Below, in pieces: positions 33,893 through 48,200 of a stretch of 64,000 bases of DNA (its first letter is position 1; each line of letters begins with the position of its first letter). This DNA comes from Sphyrna mokarran (Eukaryota): positions 7,998,001-8,062,000 of the forward strand of contig JAGIQG010000006.1 in the NCBI GenBank assembly GCA_024679065.1, read 5' to 3'. The notes under the pieces were generated by a model. That model was not told the origin of the DNA. It saw only the letters and a list, made by a program, of their open reading frames with translations, and made no database searches. The position numbers were made by a program, and so were the translations under genes.

Positions 33893-35887
33893 AGAATAAA
33901 AGAACAAAGAACAAAGAACAATACAGCACAGGAAACAGGCTCTTTGGCCCAACGAACCCACGCCACCATTTTAACAGCGTGAGTTCCATCTTCCGCCCAT
34001 GACCCTTGTCTATGTTTATGGAAACACACATTGGAAACCATATTGGGGAGACAATTTAGAGACAAATTGTTTTACCAATCAGCCTAAGACCACATCTTTT
34101 GGTGTGGGAGGAAACCGGAGTGCCCAGAGAAAACCCACGCAACCATGGGGAGAATGCACAAACTCCCACAGATACTGGCCCAAATCCATGTATCTGCACA
34201 GCAAACAGTGATAGTCACTGAACTGTCATGTTGCCCATCAACTGGTCCAGTTTATGCGTACACAAATGATGTGAAAAATCATTGAAAAATCCAAAAACAG
34301 CCCTCGCACGACCCATCGCGTGTATGCCCCTTGTTGGACAACAAGGCGGACTGAAGCACCTGTGGAATAAAAGAGAATAACATCAATAACATGCACATCT
34401 TATACACATATTCAAGGAAATCCCCAGAAGCTCAAAAGTAAAACAAGTGAGCCAGAAAAGTATGTTGGAAGATCCGTAGGAATCAATTGATTCCCAGGAA
34501 AGTCCCAAGGCTCCCGATCCCTATTTAAAACAGTCTTCTATATCACTCCATCTCTATTCTGCTCATGTGCCTATCTAAGTATTCCTTAAATAACTCCAGC
34601 ATGCCTGCCTCCACCACCTTACTTGGCAGTGCATTCCATACCCCCACCACCCTCTGTGAGAAAAACCTCCCTCTATCATCCAAATTATACCTCGCCCCAC
34701 CCTTACCCTAAGCCCATGGCCCCTCGTCATATTTGTTTCCCATCTAGGAAAAAGCTTACTACTGTTTACTCTATCTATACCCTTCATAATCTTATACACC
34801 TCTATTAGATCTCCTCTCAGTCTACGTCTTTCTAAAGAAAACAGCTCCAATTTGCCCGACTTTTTTTCTCGTAACCCAGACCTTCCATACCAGGCAGAAT
34901 CCTGGTAAACTTCCTCTACATTCTCTCCAAGGCTTCCACATCCTTCTGATAGTAAGGTGACCAGAACTGGACGCAGTACTCTAAATGAGGTCTAATCAAC
35001 ATTCTATACAACTGCAACACCTAACATCAGCTCTTGTACTCTATACCCCTTCCTATAAAGACTAGCATACCATAAGCTTTCTTCACAATATTCTCCACCT
35101 GTACTACTACCTTCAAAGACTTGTGCGCTTGCACTCCCAGGTCCCTCTGCATTTCTATGCTCTTAATAGGTCTACCCTTTATCATATAATCCCCTACACA
35201 TTATTTCTCCCAAAATGCATCATTTCGCATTTATCAGGATTAAATTCCATCTGCCATTTATCTGCCCAATCTACCAGCCTATCTGTGTCCTGCTGTATTG
35301 CCTGACAATGCTCCTCACTGTTGCAAGTCCAACCACCTTTGTGTCATCTGCAAACTTACTGACCACACCACTTACTCCCTCTTCCAAGTCATTTATGTAT
35401 GTTACAAATAGAAGAGGTCCCAGTACTGAGCCCTGCGGCACACCACTAGTGACCGACCTCCAGCTAGAAAAAGACCCTTCCACTACTACTCTCTGTCTCC
35501 TATTACCAAGTAAAGTTTTACAACACCAATTTTAAATCCAACCAATTTATTTGATATTAAATTCGCGAGCTTTTGACTTTATAGCCTTCGACAGGCAAAT
35601 GCTTGACGAAGGCTATAAAGTCGAAAGCTCGCGAATTTACTATCAAATAAATTGGTTGGATTTAAAATTGGTGTTGTAAAACTTTACTGAGTTTACCCCA
35701 GTCCAACGCCGGCATCTCTACATCATCCTACTACCAAGCCAGTTACTAACTCACCTCGATACCTGTCCTTGTATTCCATGAGCTTTGACCTTTTCAACTA
35801 ACCTCCCATGAGGGACTTTGTCAAACGCCTTACTGAAATCCATATAGACATCAATAGCTTGTCCTTCATCGACTGTTTTTGTCACCG
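33893..35887 (-). mobile_element. CR1 LINE with a long SINE-containing 3' UTR (copy 2)
   Basis: RT fragments at 35751-35948, 35271-35483 and 34575-34850. V-domain at ~34104-34170 and (TTTGTTC)n tail. Confidence 0.9.
35509..35725 (+). mobile_element. Penelope-type palindromic short element inserted in a CR1
   Basis: 82-nt inverted arms (35509-35590 and 35607-35688, 2 mismatches) followed by a TTTACCCCAGTCCAACGCCGGCATCTCTACATCA tail. 13-bp TSD TCCTA(T/C)TACCAAG at 35498-35510 and 35726-35738. Confidence 0.8.
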
Positions 35888-36449
35888 ATATATTTCTGAC
35901 TTTTTGGGGGTGAACTTCCCAAAAAAATTCTAAGTGCTGAATAAGCATGAAAATGGAAGATTTTCAGGTTTGCTTTTTCAGTAAGGGAAAAAAAAATCAA
36001 ATCTTATAACACGTAGCTCAAATCACAACCTGATTATCACCAATATGGGGAGGGGACAGGATGGGACTTACCTCACCAGTAAGATGGTAGCAGACATTTT
36101 TGCACATGTGCCTTGACCTCCCGCTGCACCGTATCAATCATACACAGTGCATTAGGAGATTGTCACTCCCCAACTCCCCACACTAACATCATACCCACAC
36201 CTCCCATTGCCCCCTAGATCACTGCCTTGATCACAGATTTCTTGCTTGCCCAATTGCCGCCCAATCGTGCACCTCACTGGCCATTCACCACCCCTGAATT
36301 TTCCTCCCCTACCCTGGTTGATCATGCTACAGATTCCACCACTGCCTTCCCCCATCTCCCAGTCTTCACCAACCGGCTGATCTTCACCCCAGTTCATTCT
36401 ACCAATATATTCCTCTGAACTCCAACTAAGGCATATAATCTTTTTCACA

Positions 36450-37300
36450 CATGGCATGATGTATGAGAAGAGATTGACCAGGTTAGGATTGTTTTTGCTG
36501 GAGTTCAACAAAATGAGGGGGATCTTGAAGAAACTTCCAACAGGATTAGACAAGGTAGATCCAGGAAGGATGGTCCTGATGATGGGAGAATCCAGAACCA
36601 GGGGTCACAGACTGAGGATACAGGATAGACCATTTAGATGAAGATGAGGAGACACTTCTTCAGGCAAAGAGTGGTGAATCTGTGGAATTCATTACCACAG
36701 GAAGTAGCTGATGCCAAAATATTGAATGTATTCAAGAGGTTAGATATAACACTTGGAGCGAACGGGATCAAAAGTTATGGGAGAAAGCAAGATTAGGCTA
36801 TTGAGTTGGATGATCAGCCATGATCGTGATGAATAGCAGAGCAGGTGCAAAGGGCCAAATGGCCTCCTCCTGCTCCTATCTATGTTTTTATGTCCTGTCA
36901 TTCATTAAACATGGGACACTTGCTTTTTCAGTTGAGGCATTGATTACAAATTAGGGAGGTCATTTAGGAGTTGTGTAGAACTTTGGTGAACTCTCAGCTG
37001 GAGCACTGTGTGAAGTTCTGGTCATCACATAGGATGTGATTGCACTGGAAGGGTTGCAGAGAAGATTTGCCATGATGCCAGGAATATTTAAGTTCTGGAG
37101 AGAGGTTGGATAGGCTTGGGTTGTTTTCATTGGAGTAGAGAAGACAGAAGTGACCTGACTGAGGTGTACAAGATTATGAGAGACATGGACAGAGTGGATA
37201 AGGAGCCTTATCAGCTAAGATTCCCTTTAGTTGAAGAGTCACTCATGAGGGGGCATAGGTTCAAGGTGAGAAGCAGGATGTTGAGGAGAGATGTGAGGTG
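36450..37300 (+). mobile_element. CR1 3' fragments
   Basis: YEKRLTRLGLFLLEF..GESRTRGH and DLTEVYKIMR motifs. Confidence 0.8.
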
Positions 37301-38586
37301 ATTCAGATATATACAGGCTGAATAATATCAAAGTGGGCAAAGTGGTTCTCATCACAATTGTACTGATGGTTAACAGTCCAATTACAATTGAGGTTGATAA
37401 AGGAGCCTCTGCCTCAGTAATAGGAGAACAAACTTATTGATAACTATTGTGGAGGTCTGGTTCCTGGGATTAAAAATATGGTAGCCAGGTTGTCAACATA
37501 AAGAGGGGAAGCTATATGGATTTTGGGAACATTAACAGCATCTCTAAGTCACAGAAAGCAACCTGCCCAACTGCCTTTAATTGTAATTCAGGACCAAGCT
37601 TGAAGGGATGAGGTAGGCTTCAGGCAACAAAATGAAACTGGCTCAAAATTTTCAAAATTCAAGAAGGGCACCTACATGATGTCCATCAGAATCCCCAGTT
37701 TAGTGGGTTTTCCTATTACCTATTGAACAATGTTCCACATGATCAGTGGAGTAATTCCTGCTGAGTTGCTGATAGGTAGACATATTCGAACCAGGTTGGA
37801 CCCAGTGTTTCCACATTTGGCAGGATGTTGGAGACTAAGGAGAGTGGGCAAAAGAAGGGTCATAATTCTATAAAGTCTGAGGGAAGAATTGAGGTGGATG
37901 ATCTAATGTATGCTAAAAGATTTGGGACAGGTCAGTGTTGGGTCCCGAGATGGGCCACTATCTTATGAAGTCAAAGTTCAAGTTAAAGATTGATGAAGCA
38001 TTCAGATCACCTGTGAAGTCACATAGAGAGCCAATGGACTAATCCACTCTGAGAATGCCCACCAGTGATATTGTGGTTGAAAGCAATATGGATACAAGTT
38101 GGCCCAGGAAGTGTCGAGTGGTAATTTTCTGGGAAATTAAAAAGTGATCTGTACAGATGCACTGTTACAAGTTGGGAGTCCAATTTCAGGAAGTGGAACT
38201 GAATCCACCCCTATTCACGTCTCCTGTTGAATTGTGTTAGTCTAAAAGGGTGACAGAATCCCCTAACAGTCTGACTTTTTAATGGACTGTGCTAAAAAAA
38301 AATCATATATAGTATAACTTTTGATACTATGATACATAAGGTATTAAAGGGGGAATGATACATTAGCAAGCTCCTTTAAGGGACAAGATTTCGGAGGATC
38401 GACTTTATTTAGCCAATTGGGTAAAAGCATGCGAATCCTGAGCTGAGCTCTCCCATGCAGTCTAGGAGCCGGACTCTCAGTAATGGATAGCATTGATCTC
38501 ACTTTTTGTGCATAGTTCTTTCACTGCTAATAAACTGTTCTTTTATTACCCCACTTGGTGATTGCTGCTCCTTCCAAAATACTACA
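37300..38586 (+). mobile_element. Decayed Gypsy fragment with polypurine tract (38346-38355) and a probable 3' LTR (~38356-38586)
   Basis: Protease-like EVDKGASASVI and integrase-end YRTVPH..GVIPAELL-like remnants. PPT AAAGGGGGAA, AATAAA at ~38529, and the element ends in ..ACTACA. Confidence 0.6.
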
Positions 38587-39109
38587 GAAAGCTAATAAAA
38601 TGTTATCATTTGTTATGAGAGGAATTTTAAAAAAATTATTTATTCATTCATGAGACATAGGTGTTGCTGGCTAGCCAGCATTTGTTGCCCATCCCTGGTT
38701 GCCTGAGGACAACATCGTTGCTGTGTCCTACAGTCACATGAAGGCCAGATTGAGTAAGGGTGGCAAATTTCCTTCTCTAATGGAAATTTGTGAACCAGAT
38801 GGGTTTTTCCGACAATCAACAGTGGTTTCATGGTCATCAGTAGATTCTTATTTCCAGATATTGTGTATTGAATTCAAATCCCACCAACTGCCATGGAGGA
38901 ATTTGAACCCAGATCCCCAGAACATGAGCTGGGATTGCAAAATTGATTGCAAAAGTATGGAGGTTGTGTTTCACTTGTGCAGGGTATTGGTGAGACCATA
39001 TTTGGAGCATTGTGTATGGCAATGATGAGCAACCTGTGGCCTGGAGGGCACATGTGATCCATCTAACTCACAGCCACATGACATTTTTTTGATTGTTCCT
39101 CATACAGAT

Positions 39110-40153
39110 TTAGAGTCGTAGAGATTTACAGCATGGAAACAGGCCCAACTTGTCCATGCCGCCCTTTTCTTAAAACCCCTAAGCTAATCCCAATTGCCCG
39201 CATTTGACCCATACCCCTCTACACCCATCGTACCCATGTAACTATTTAAATGCTTTTATATTTTAAAAATGCTCCCTCTGTGTAAATATTTCTTTGTTTT
39301 TGCCATTTGAAGTTGGTGCTAGTCCTATTAATATCTAAATGATTAAGCATTTACTGTAAGATCATAAGACATAGGAGCAGAATTAGGTTACTCAGTCCAT
39401 CGAGTCTGCTCTACCATTCAATCATGGCTGATATTTTTCTCATCCCCATTCTCCTATCTTTTCCCCATAACTCTTGATTCCCTTATTAATCAAGAACCTA
39501 TCTATCTCTGTCTTAAAAACACTCAATGACCTGGCCTCCATAGCTTACTGCGGCAAAGAATTTCACTACTCTCTGGGACCCATACCTAAGGAAGGACGTA
39601 CTGGCTTTAGAAAGGGCTCAGAGGAAGTTCACAAGAATGATCCCTGGAATGGAGAGCTTGTTGTATGTGGAACAGTTGAGGAATTTGGGTTTGTACTCAT
39701 TGGGAGCTTAGAAGGATGAGGGGGCATCTTATTGAAACTTGCATGATACTGTGAGGCCTGGAAAGAGTGGATGTGGAGAGGATAAAAGAACAATACAGTA
39801 CAGGAAACAGGCCCTTCAGCCCTCCAAGGATATTTTCCATTAGTAGGAAAAACTAGAACCAGAGAGCACAAATTCAGGCTAAAGGGACAATCCTTTAAAA
39901 CAGAGATGAGGAGGAATTTCTTCAGCCAGAGAGAGTGTAAAACTTTTGAACTCTTTGCCACAGAAGATTGTGAAGGTCAGGTTCATTGATTGTCTTTAAG
40001 ACAGAGATAGATAGGTTCTTGATTAATAAGGATTAAGGGTTATAAGGAAAAGGCAGGAGAATGGTGATGAGAAAAATATCAGCCATGATTGGACAGGGGG
40101 GCAGACTTGAAGGGCAAGTGGCCTAATTCTGCTCCTATACTTTATGGTCTTAT
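39110..40153. mobile_element. Cluster of CR1 3' ends (minus 39110-39260 and 39363-39570; plus 39575-40153 with a ~45-nt minus tail insert at 39785-39827)
   Basis: CR1 3' UTR and tail motifs. GGATA is duplicated around the small insert. Confidence 0.8.
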
Positions 40154-40154
40154 G

Positions 40155-42890
40155 TTAATTGCATATGGGACTGCAACATTCAGTATTATAAAAAGCCAGG
40201 GAAACATTGAATTTGTAGAAATGATGGCAAATCATTACTATCTTAAACCTTCCATGGTCTTGCAAGGGTACAGGTTCAATACAATTACTAGATTTACAGG
40301 GAAACCAATGGCAGAATTTCTGACATGACTAAGAAAACTGGTGGAGCATTGTGAATATGGCACAGCATTAATGGAAATGCTGAGAGACTGTTTAGTGTGT
40401 GGAATAAATAATCTAGCAATCCAAAGAAGTCTTTTGACAGAGCCAAATCTAGATTTAAAAAAGACTAGAGAGCTGGCCTAAGCTCGGAAGAATAAGAGGA
40501 AAGGAGCATAAGAGCTGCAAGGATCTTTAGATAGTAATGTCCATAGGTTCAGGCAAGTGCCCTTCCGCAGACCCAGGTCCCCAGTTGAACATACTCATGA
40601 ATCCCATCCTTGGGCGAGAAAAAATGAGCAAGCAGAGAAACTAAGAAATCTCAACATTGGCTGAGAGACAGATGTGCAGTTTAGGAAGCAGCCAGCACAG
40701 CAGCACTGACACGCAGCCAGAGACCCTTCTCCAAGCAAGGTTACCAAAACAAACAGAGTGCACAATACTCATATCGAAGGGCAAAGCCAGACAAAATAGA
40801 ACATACCAAATAAGCCAGGCCGGAGAGGGGGAACTAGCATTACTAAGTTGCATCATAACCCCAATATAGATACAGCTCCAAGTGAATGGACACCCATTGG
40901 ATATGGAGGTGAACATGAGGGCAGTGGTATCTATTGAAGGGGACTGAAAATTTAGAAGGTTAAGATTGGATATCTCCATACTCACATTGAAGGACATCAA
41001 AGCAAAATTGGCAACTTATAGGATCATTACGAGTAGTGGGGATTACCATAGTCCCAGTCACATGTGGGCAACAAACAATTTGACTCCCGTTGATAATGGT
41101 ACAAGAGACTTGACCATTTTATTTTTCCAAGGTCTGTCTTGAAAACATCTGGATATTTTCCTATTATGTTTTATAAGTTTCCAGTGCCCATTTTTGAATT
41201 TTTCCTCCAATCCAACTGGATTTTCTGTAACCAGTCCCTTCGCAAAAGCCTTTTGCGACACTTACAGTGTCGACAAAGATGGTCTACACCCAGTCATAGA
41301 AAGGGTAAGAGCCATAAAAGAAGCTCCAACACCAAGGAACATGATGGAATTAAAATCGTTCCTTGGCCTCTTTAATTATTATGGAAAGTTCATTTCAAAC
41401 TTGGCAACCTTACTGGCATCAGAAGAGGGCATGGAAAGAACCACAGGAGGATGCTTTTGTAATGGTAAAATACCAACTACAATCTGACAACATGTTGACC
41501 CATTTCAGCCTGGAAAGGTCATTGGTCATAAAATGCAACATCTCTCCTTGTGTAATAAGTGCAGTACTATTGTTTCGATGGAACAACAGGATGGAGCACT
41601 CGATTGCGTATGCCATGATAACATCAGCCAACAGAAAAGGAAAATAAACACAGATAGGAAAAGAGGTTTGGCAATGGTCTTCGCAGTAAAGAAATTCCAT
41701 CAATATGCATACAGTCAACACTTTACAATCGTAACAGACCACAAACCTCTGTTGAATCATTTTCCTGAGCACAAAATGATCCCTCCTATAGCGTCAGCCC
41801 AAATAAAGCAATGAGCACCATTACTATGTGCTTATGAATATACTCTGGAACATAGACCAGAGGCACAAGTCACCGACATAGACGCCTGAGTACTTACTTT
41901 TGCCCACAAGCTTTTCATCACCACCGAATATGGCTGAAGTAATGATGACATTAAATTTTATGGACATTCTGCCAATTTTGGTGAAACAAATAAAGACTTG
42001 GACTTGAAACAACCCAACATTGGTGAAACTAAGCTGCATGATATTAAATGGAGGTATGCAGGATGTCTTTTTGTGACTTGAAACCTTTTGTGACAAAGTC
42101 CCTGAATTAAGCATAGAAGACAGCATTATCCTGTGGGGAGCCCGGGTAGTTATCCCACATCTCATTCAAAGGCCTGTCCTTCAAGAACTTTATAAGGGGT
42201 GGCATGGTAGCACAGTGGTTAGCACTGCTGCTTCACAGCATCAAGGACTGGATTTTGATTCCTGGCTTGGGTCACTGTCTGTATGGAGTCTGCATACTCT
42301 CCCCATGTCTGCGAGGGTTTCATCCAGGTCCTCCAGTTTCCTTCCACAGTCCAAAGATGTGCAAGTTAGATGAATTGGCCATGCTAAAATTCTTCCTCAG
42401 TGTGCATAAACAGGGGCCGGAGTGTGGCGACTTAGCTGGGGATTTTCACAGTGACTTCATTTCAGTGTGAATGTAATTTTACTTGTGACTAATAAGCAAT
42501 CTTTAAAATAAATAAACTGATGGGTCATCTAGACATATCAAAATTGAAGATACTAGTGAGAAGCTACGTCTGGTGGCCTGGTACTGATGTGAAATAGAGA
42601 AAATGGTGAAATCATGTAAAATGTACCAGGAAAACCAGAACCGATAGTTTCGATACATGCAGACTTTACAGGACTATTTATGGGCTCTTTTTTTTATTTT
42701 TAATTGACACCCATTCTAAATTGATGGAAATGCACTGGATAACATCCACCACATCTCAAAATACGATACAGAAACTACAGTTTTACAGAAAGTGTAAAGC
42801 ACAGTTCCTTTACAACCGACTCCTAGAGTTATGACAATAACAATAGTTATGTGAAGTGCTAAAGGTTCTAAATGACAGAGCTGGTCCACT
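40155..42890 (+). mobile_element. Decayed Gypsy gag-pol
   Basis: Motifs LRKLVEHCEYG..MLRDCLVCGIN, ELKSFLGLFNYYGKF, VFAVKKFHQY..FTIVTDHKPL and RSYVWWPG. Confidence 0.82.
42197..42516 (+). mobile_element. Full-length tRNA-derived V-SINE
   Basis: GGGTGGCATGGTAGCACAGTGGTTAGC head, V-domain, and the same 3' part as 15128-15416. Confidence 0.9.
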
Positions 42891-42896
42891 CTTTAC

Positions 42897-44970
42897 CTTT
42901 GCCGATGACACGAAGGTTGGAGGTGCTGTGGATAGTTTGGAGGGATGTCAGATGTTGCAGTATGACATAGATAGGATGCAAGACTGGGCAGAGAAGTGGC
43001 AGATGGACTTCAATCCGGATAAATGTGCAGTGGTAGATTTTGGCAGATCAAATGGGATGAAGGAATATAATATTAAGGATAAGACTCTTAGCAGTGTGGA
43101 AGATCAGAAAGATTTTGGGGTCTGGGTTCATAGGATTCTCAAATCGGCTTCACAGGTAGAGGATGTGGTTAAGAAGGCATATGGTGTACTGGCCTTCATC
43201 AATTGAGGAATTGAGTTTAGGAGTCAGGAGATAATGCTGCAGCTCTATAAGAGCCTGGTCAGAACCCACTTGGAGTACTGTGTTCAGTTCAGTTCAGTTC
43301 AGAGGGAATCGGCTGCCCTCATTACAGGAAGGATATGGAGGCCATTGAAAAGGTGCAGAGGAGATTTAGAAGGATGTTGTGTGGATTCCTTATGAGGATA
43401 GGTTGAGAGAGCTCGGTCTTTTCTCTTCAGTGAAATGAAGGATGAGAGGTGACCTGATAGAGGTGTATAAGATGATGAGTGGTACTGACAGGCAAATTCT
43501 CAGAGTCTTTTTTCCAGGGCTGAAATGACTGCCACAAGAGGACACAGATTTAAGGTGATGGGGAATAGATACAGAGGAGATGTCAGGGGTAAATTTTTCA
43601 CTTAGAGGGTGGTGCGTGAGTGGAATCGGCTGCCGTCAGTGGTGGTGGAGGCAAATTCGTTAGGGTCTTTTAAAACATGTCTGGATGAGTCCAACGGACT
43701 TAATAGGATTGAGGTTTATAGGTAAGCCTAGTAAGTAGAAATATGATTCGCACAACATGTGGGCCAAAGGGCCTGTTTGTGCTGTAGTTTTTCTATAATT
43801 CTATGATTCACCCGTCAGGAATTTCATGACTTCATATAGTTGATCATCAGCCATTCATTACTATGAAAGCATGATTCCTCAGAAAGAGAATAACTAACTG
43901 AAAGCAAAGAGTGGGGGTAAATGGTGTTTTTCTGGTTGGCGATCAGTGACTAGTGGTGTGCCTCAGGGATCAGTGTTGGGACATCAATTGTTTATGATTT
44001 ACACAGATGATTTGGAGTTGGGGACCAAGTGTAGTGTGTCAAAATTCACAGATGACACTAAAATTGGTGGAAAAGCAAATTGTGCAGAGGATACTGAAAG
44101 TCTGCAAAAGGATATAGATAATTTAAGTGAATGAATGAGGGTCTGGCAGATGGAGTACAATGTTGGTAAATGTGAGGTCATCTATTTTGTTAGGAATAAC
44201 GGAAAAATGGATTATTATTTAAATGGTAAAAAATTGCAGCATGCTGCTGTGCAGAGGGACCTGTCCTTGTGCAGGAATCATAAGGAGTTGGTTTGCAGAT
44301 GCAGCAGGTAATTAAAAAGGCAAATGAATTTTGTCCTTCATGTCGAGAGGGATGGAGTTTAAAAACAGCGAGGTTATGTTGCAACTGTATAAGGTGCTGG
44401 TGAGGCCACACCTGGAGTATTGTGTAGAGTTTTGGCCTCCTTACTTGAGAAAGGATATACTAGCACTGGAGAGGGTGCAGAGGAGATTCACTAAGTTGAT
44501 TCCAGAGTTCAGAGAGTTGGCTTATGAAGAGAGACTGAGTAGACTGGGACTATACTCATTGGAATTCAGAAGAATGAGGGGAAATGTTATAGAAATGAAG
44601 GGAATAGATTATGAAGGGAATAGATAAGATAGAAGCAGGGAAGTTGTTTCCACTGATGGGTGAAACTAGAACTAGAGGGCAGAGCCTCAAAATAAGAGGG
44701 AGCAGATTTAGGACTGAGTTGAGGAGGAAAGTCTTCACACAAAGGGTTGTGAATCTGTAGAATTCTCTGCCTACTGAAACAGTTGAGGCTACTCACTGAG
44801 TGTTTTTAAAGCAAGGATAGACAAATTTTTGAACAGTAATGGAATTAAGGATTATAGTGAGTGAGCGGGTAGGTGAAATGAGTTCACAAAAAGATATGCC
44901 ATAATCTCATTGAATGGTGGAGCAAGCTTGAGAGGCTAAATCGCCTACTCCTGCTCCTAGTTCTCATGTT
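42897..44970 (+). mobile_element. Two 5'-truncated CR1 LINEs (42897-43805 and ~43895-44970)
   Basis: [18 protein letters not shown] and LVRPHLEYC motifs with CR1 3' UTRs. Confidence 0.88.
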
Positions 44971-45259
44971 CAACGCATGATGCTACAGCTACAACTTCAG
45001 TGTTGTCTGTAAATATGACGAAGAGCTGTGCTTATCTGATGCTCTTTCCAAAGCTTTCCCATTCATTACAGCCCAGGCAGATCATGAGGAAAACAAAGAC
45101 ATCATGATGCTACCCTCCCATAAAATCCAGGAACTCAAAGATGCCTCATAGGCAGACATCACATGTGGACAACATGTGCACATCATCATCATGAAGGGCT
45201 GACTTGAGTCATCAATGGAACTTCCCACAAGCTTCAGATATTCTTTGCCATCAGAAATG

Positions 45260-48200
45260 ATACCAACAATATAGGTAGGAAAAGGGATGAGGTCCCGAGG
45301 TGTGGATATAGAGAGTTAGGCAGAAGGCTAAAGTGCAGGACCTCGAAGGTAGTAACTTTTGGACTACTATTTGGTGCCACATGCTAGTGAGAATAGGAAT
45401 AGGAAGGTTAAGTAGATGAATGCCTGGCTTGAGAGATAGTGGAGGAGGCAGGAATTTAAATTTTTCAATCATTCGGACCTTTTCTGGAGAAGGGATGACC
45501 TGTTCAAGAGGGATGGATTACACCTGAACTGGACGGGGACTAACATCCATGTGGGGAGATTTGCTAGAGTCACTTGGGAGGGTTTAAATAGTCTGGCAGG
45601 AATGTGGGACCCAAAGCAGCTGGGAGACAGAAGAGAAGTTTAAGGACAGCACAGAAGTTAAAGAGAGTGCATTAAATAGTAAAGACAGTGTCAGTCATCC
45701 TAGTACCAGACACATCAGGCAAAAGCAAGACAGAGAACTGGGAAGTCCAGATTAACTGCATTTATTTCAATGCAAGAGGTCTGACGGGCAAGGCAGATGA
45801 GCTCAGGGCATGGATGGGTACATGGGACTGGAATATTATAGCAATTACTGAAACATAGCTAAGAGAGGGACAGGATTGGCAGCTCAATGTTCCAAGGTAC
45901 AGATGTTATAGGAAAGATAGAACAGGAGGTAAGAGAAGAGAGAGAATTGCACTTTTGATTAGGGAAAACATCACAGCTGTACTGAGAGTGGATATATCCG
46001 AAGGTTTGGCCACTGAGTTCATATGAGTAGAACTGAGAAATAAGAAGGGGGAAATCACTTTGATAGGGTTGTACTATAGGGCCCCAAATAGTTAGCAGGA
46101 AATTGAGGAGCAAATATGCAAAAGATTACAGATAGCTCCAAGAAAAATAAGGTGGTAATAATCAGAAATTTTAACTTTCCCAACATTGACTGGGAAAGCC
46201 ATAGTATTAAAGGGTTGAATGGAGAGAAATTTGTTGAGTCTATTTAGGACTAGAGAGGGGCAAAATTTGACGTCCTGTTGGGAAATAAGGAAAGGCAGGT
46301 GACAAAAATGTTAGTGAGGGATCACTTTGGGACCAGTGACAATAATTCTATTAGTTTTAAGATAGCTATGGAGAATGATAGGTCTGGCCCAAAAGTTAAA
46401 ATTCTAAATTGGGGCAAAGCCAATTTTGATGATTTCAGGCAGGAACTTCCAAAAATTAATTGGGGGAATTTGTGGGAAGACAAAGGGATGTCTAGTAAGT
46501 GGGAGGCTTTCAAAAGTGTGTTAACAAGATTCAGGGTAAACACATTCCTCTTAGAATGAAGGGCAAGGTTGGCAGAAGTAGGGAACTCTGGATGACTCAG
46601 GATATTGAGGCTCCAGTCAAGAAGAAGAAAAAGGCACATGACATGCATAGGCAGCTGGGATCAAATGAATCCCTTGAAGAATGTAGAGGGTGTAGGACTA
46701 AAATTAAGAGAGAAATCAGGAGGACAAAAAAGAGTCACGAGATTTTTTGGCAGATAAGCCAAAGGAGAATCCAAAGAGCTTCTACGAATACATAAAGGGC
46801 AAAAGAGTAACAAGGGAGAGAGTGAGGCCTCTAAAGGATCAACAAGGTTATCTATGTGTGGATCTATAAGGGATGGGTGAGATCCCAAATGAATATTCCT
46901 CATCATATTTACTGTTGAGAAAAGCATGAATGTTGGGGAACTTGGGGAAACAAAGTGATGTCTTGAGGAGTGTACATATTACAGAGAAAGAGATGCTGGA
47001 AGCCTTAAAGCACATCAAGGTAGAAAAATCTCTGAGATCTGATGAAATATATCCCAAGACATTGTGGGAGGCTAGGGAGGAAATTGCAGGTCCCCTGAAA
47101 GAGATATTTGAATCATCGATAGTCACAGGTGAGGTGCCTAAAGATTGGAGGGTGGCAAATGTTGTGCCTTTGTTTCAGGGCTGCAGGGAAAAGCCTGGGA
47201 ACTACAGGCCAGTGAGCCTCAGAACTATGGTGGGTAAGTTGTTGGAAAGTATTTTGAGAGACAGGATCTACAGGCATTTAGAGAAGCAAGGACTGATTAG
47301 GGACAATGGCTTTGAGAGGGGAAAATCATGCCTCACAATTTGACTGAGTTTTTTGAAGGGGTAACCAAGAAGGTAGATGAGGACAGTTGATATTATCTAC
47401 ATGGACTTTAGCAAAGCACTGCATTGTAGGTTGTTGCGTAAGGTTAATCTCATGGGGTCCAGATTGAGGTAGCTAAATGAATACAAAATTAGCTTGATTA
47501 CAGAAGCCACAGGGTGTTGTAGAGGATTGTTTTGCAAACTGGAGACCTATGACCAGTGATGTGTCTCTGGGATCTGTGCTGGGTCCACTGTTATTGGTCA
47601 TTTATATTAATGATTTGGATGAGAATATAGAGGGCATGGTTAGTAAGTTTGCAGATGACACCAAGATTGGTGGCATTGTGGACAGTGAGGAAAATTATCT
47701 CGGACTGCAATGGGCCAGTGGGCTGATGAATGGCAGGTGGAGTTTAATTTAGATAAATATGAGGTAATGCATTTTGGTAGATCGAATTAGGGCAGGACTT
47801 ACTCAGTTAATGGTGGGCATTGGGAGAGTCACAGAACAAAGAGATCTAGAGGTACATGTTCATAGCTCCTTGAAAGTGGAGTCACAAGTGGACAGAATGG
47901 TGAAGAAGGCATTCAGCATGCTTGATTTCATCGATCAGAACATTGAATACTGGAGTTGGGACATCTTGTTGAAGTTATACCAGACATTGGTAAGGCCACA
48001 TTTGGAATACTGTGTGCAGTTCTGGTCACCCTATTATAGAAAGGATATTATTAACCTAGAAAGAGAGCAGAAAAGATTTACTAGGATGTTACCGGGACTT
48101 GACGGTTTGAGTTATAAGGACAGGCTTGATAGACTGGGACTTTTTTCCGTTGAGCTGAGGGGGGATCTTATCGAGGCCTATAAAATAATGAGGGGCACAG

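Noticed and set aside
39363-40153. Inverted repeat suggesting a DNA transposon
   Set aside because: The arms are two oppositely oriented CR1 3' ends of the same subfamily, not terminal inverted repeats.
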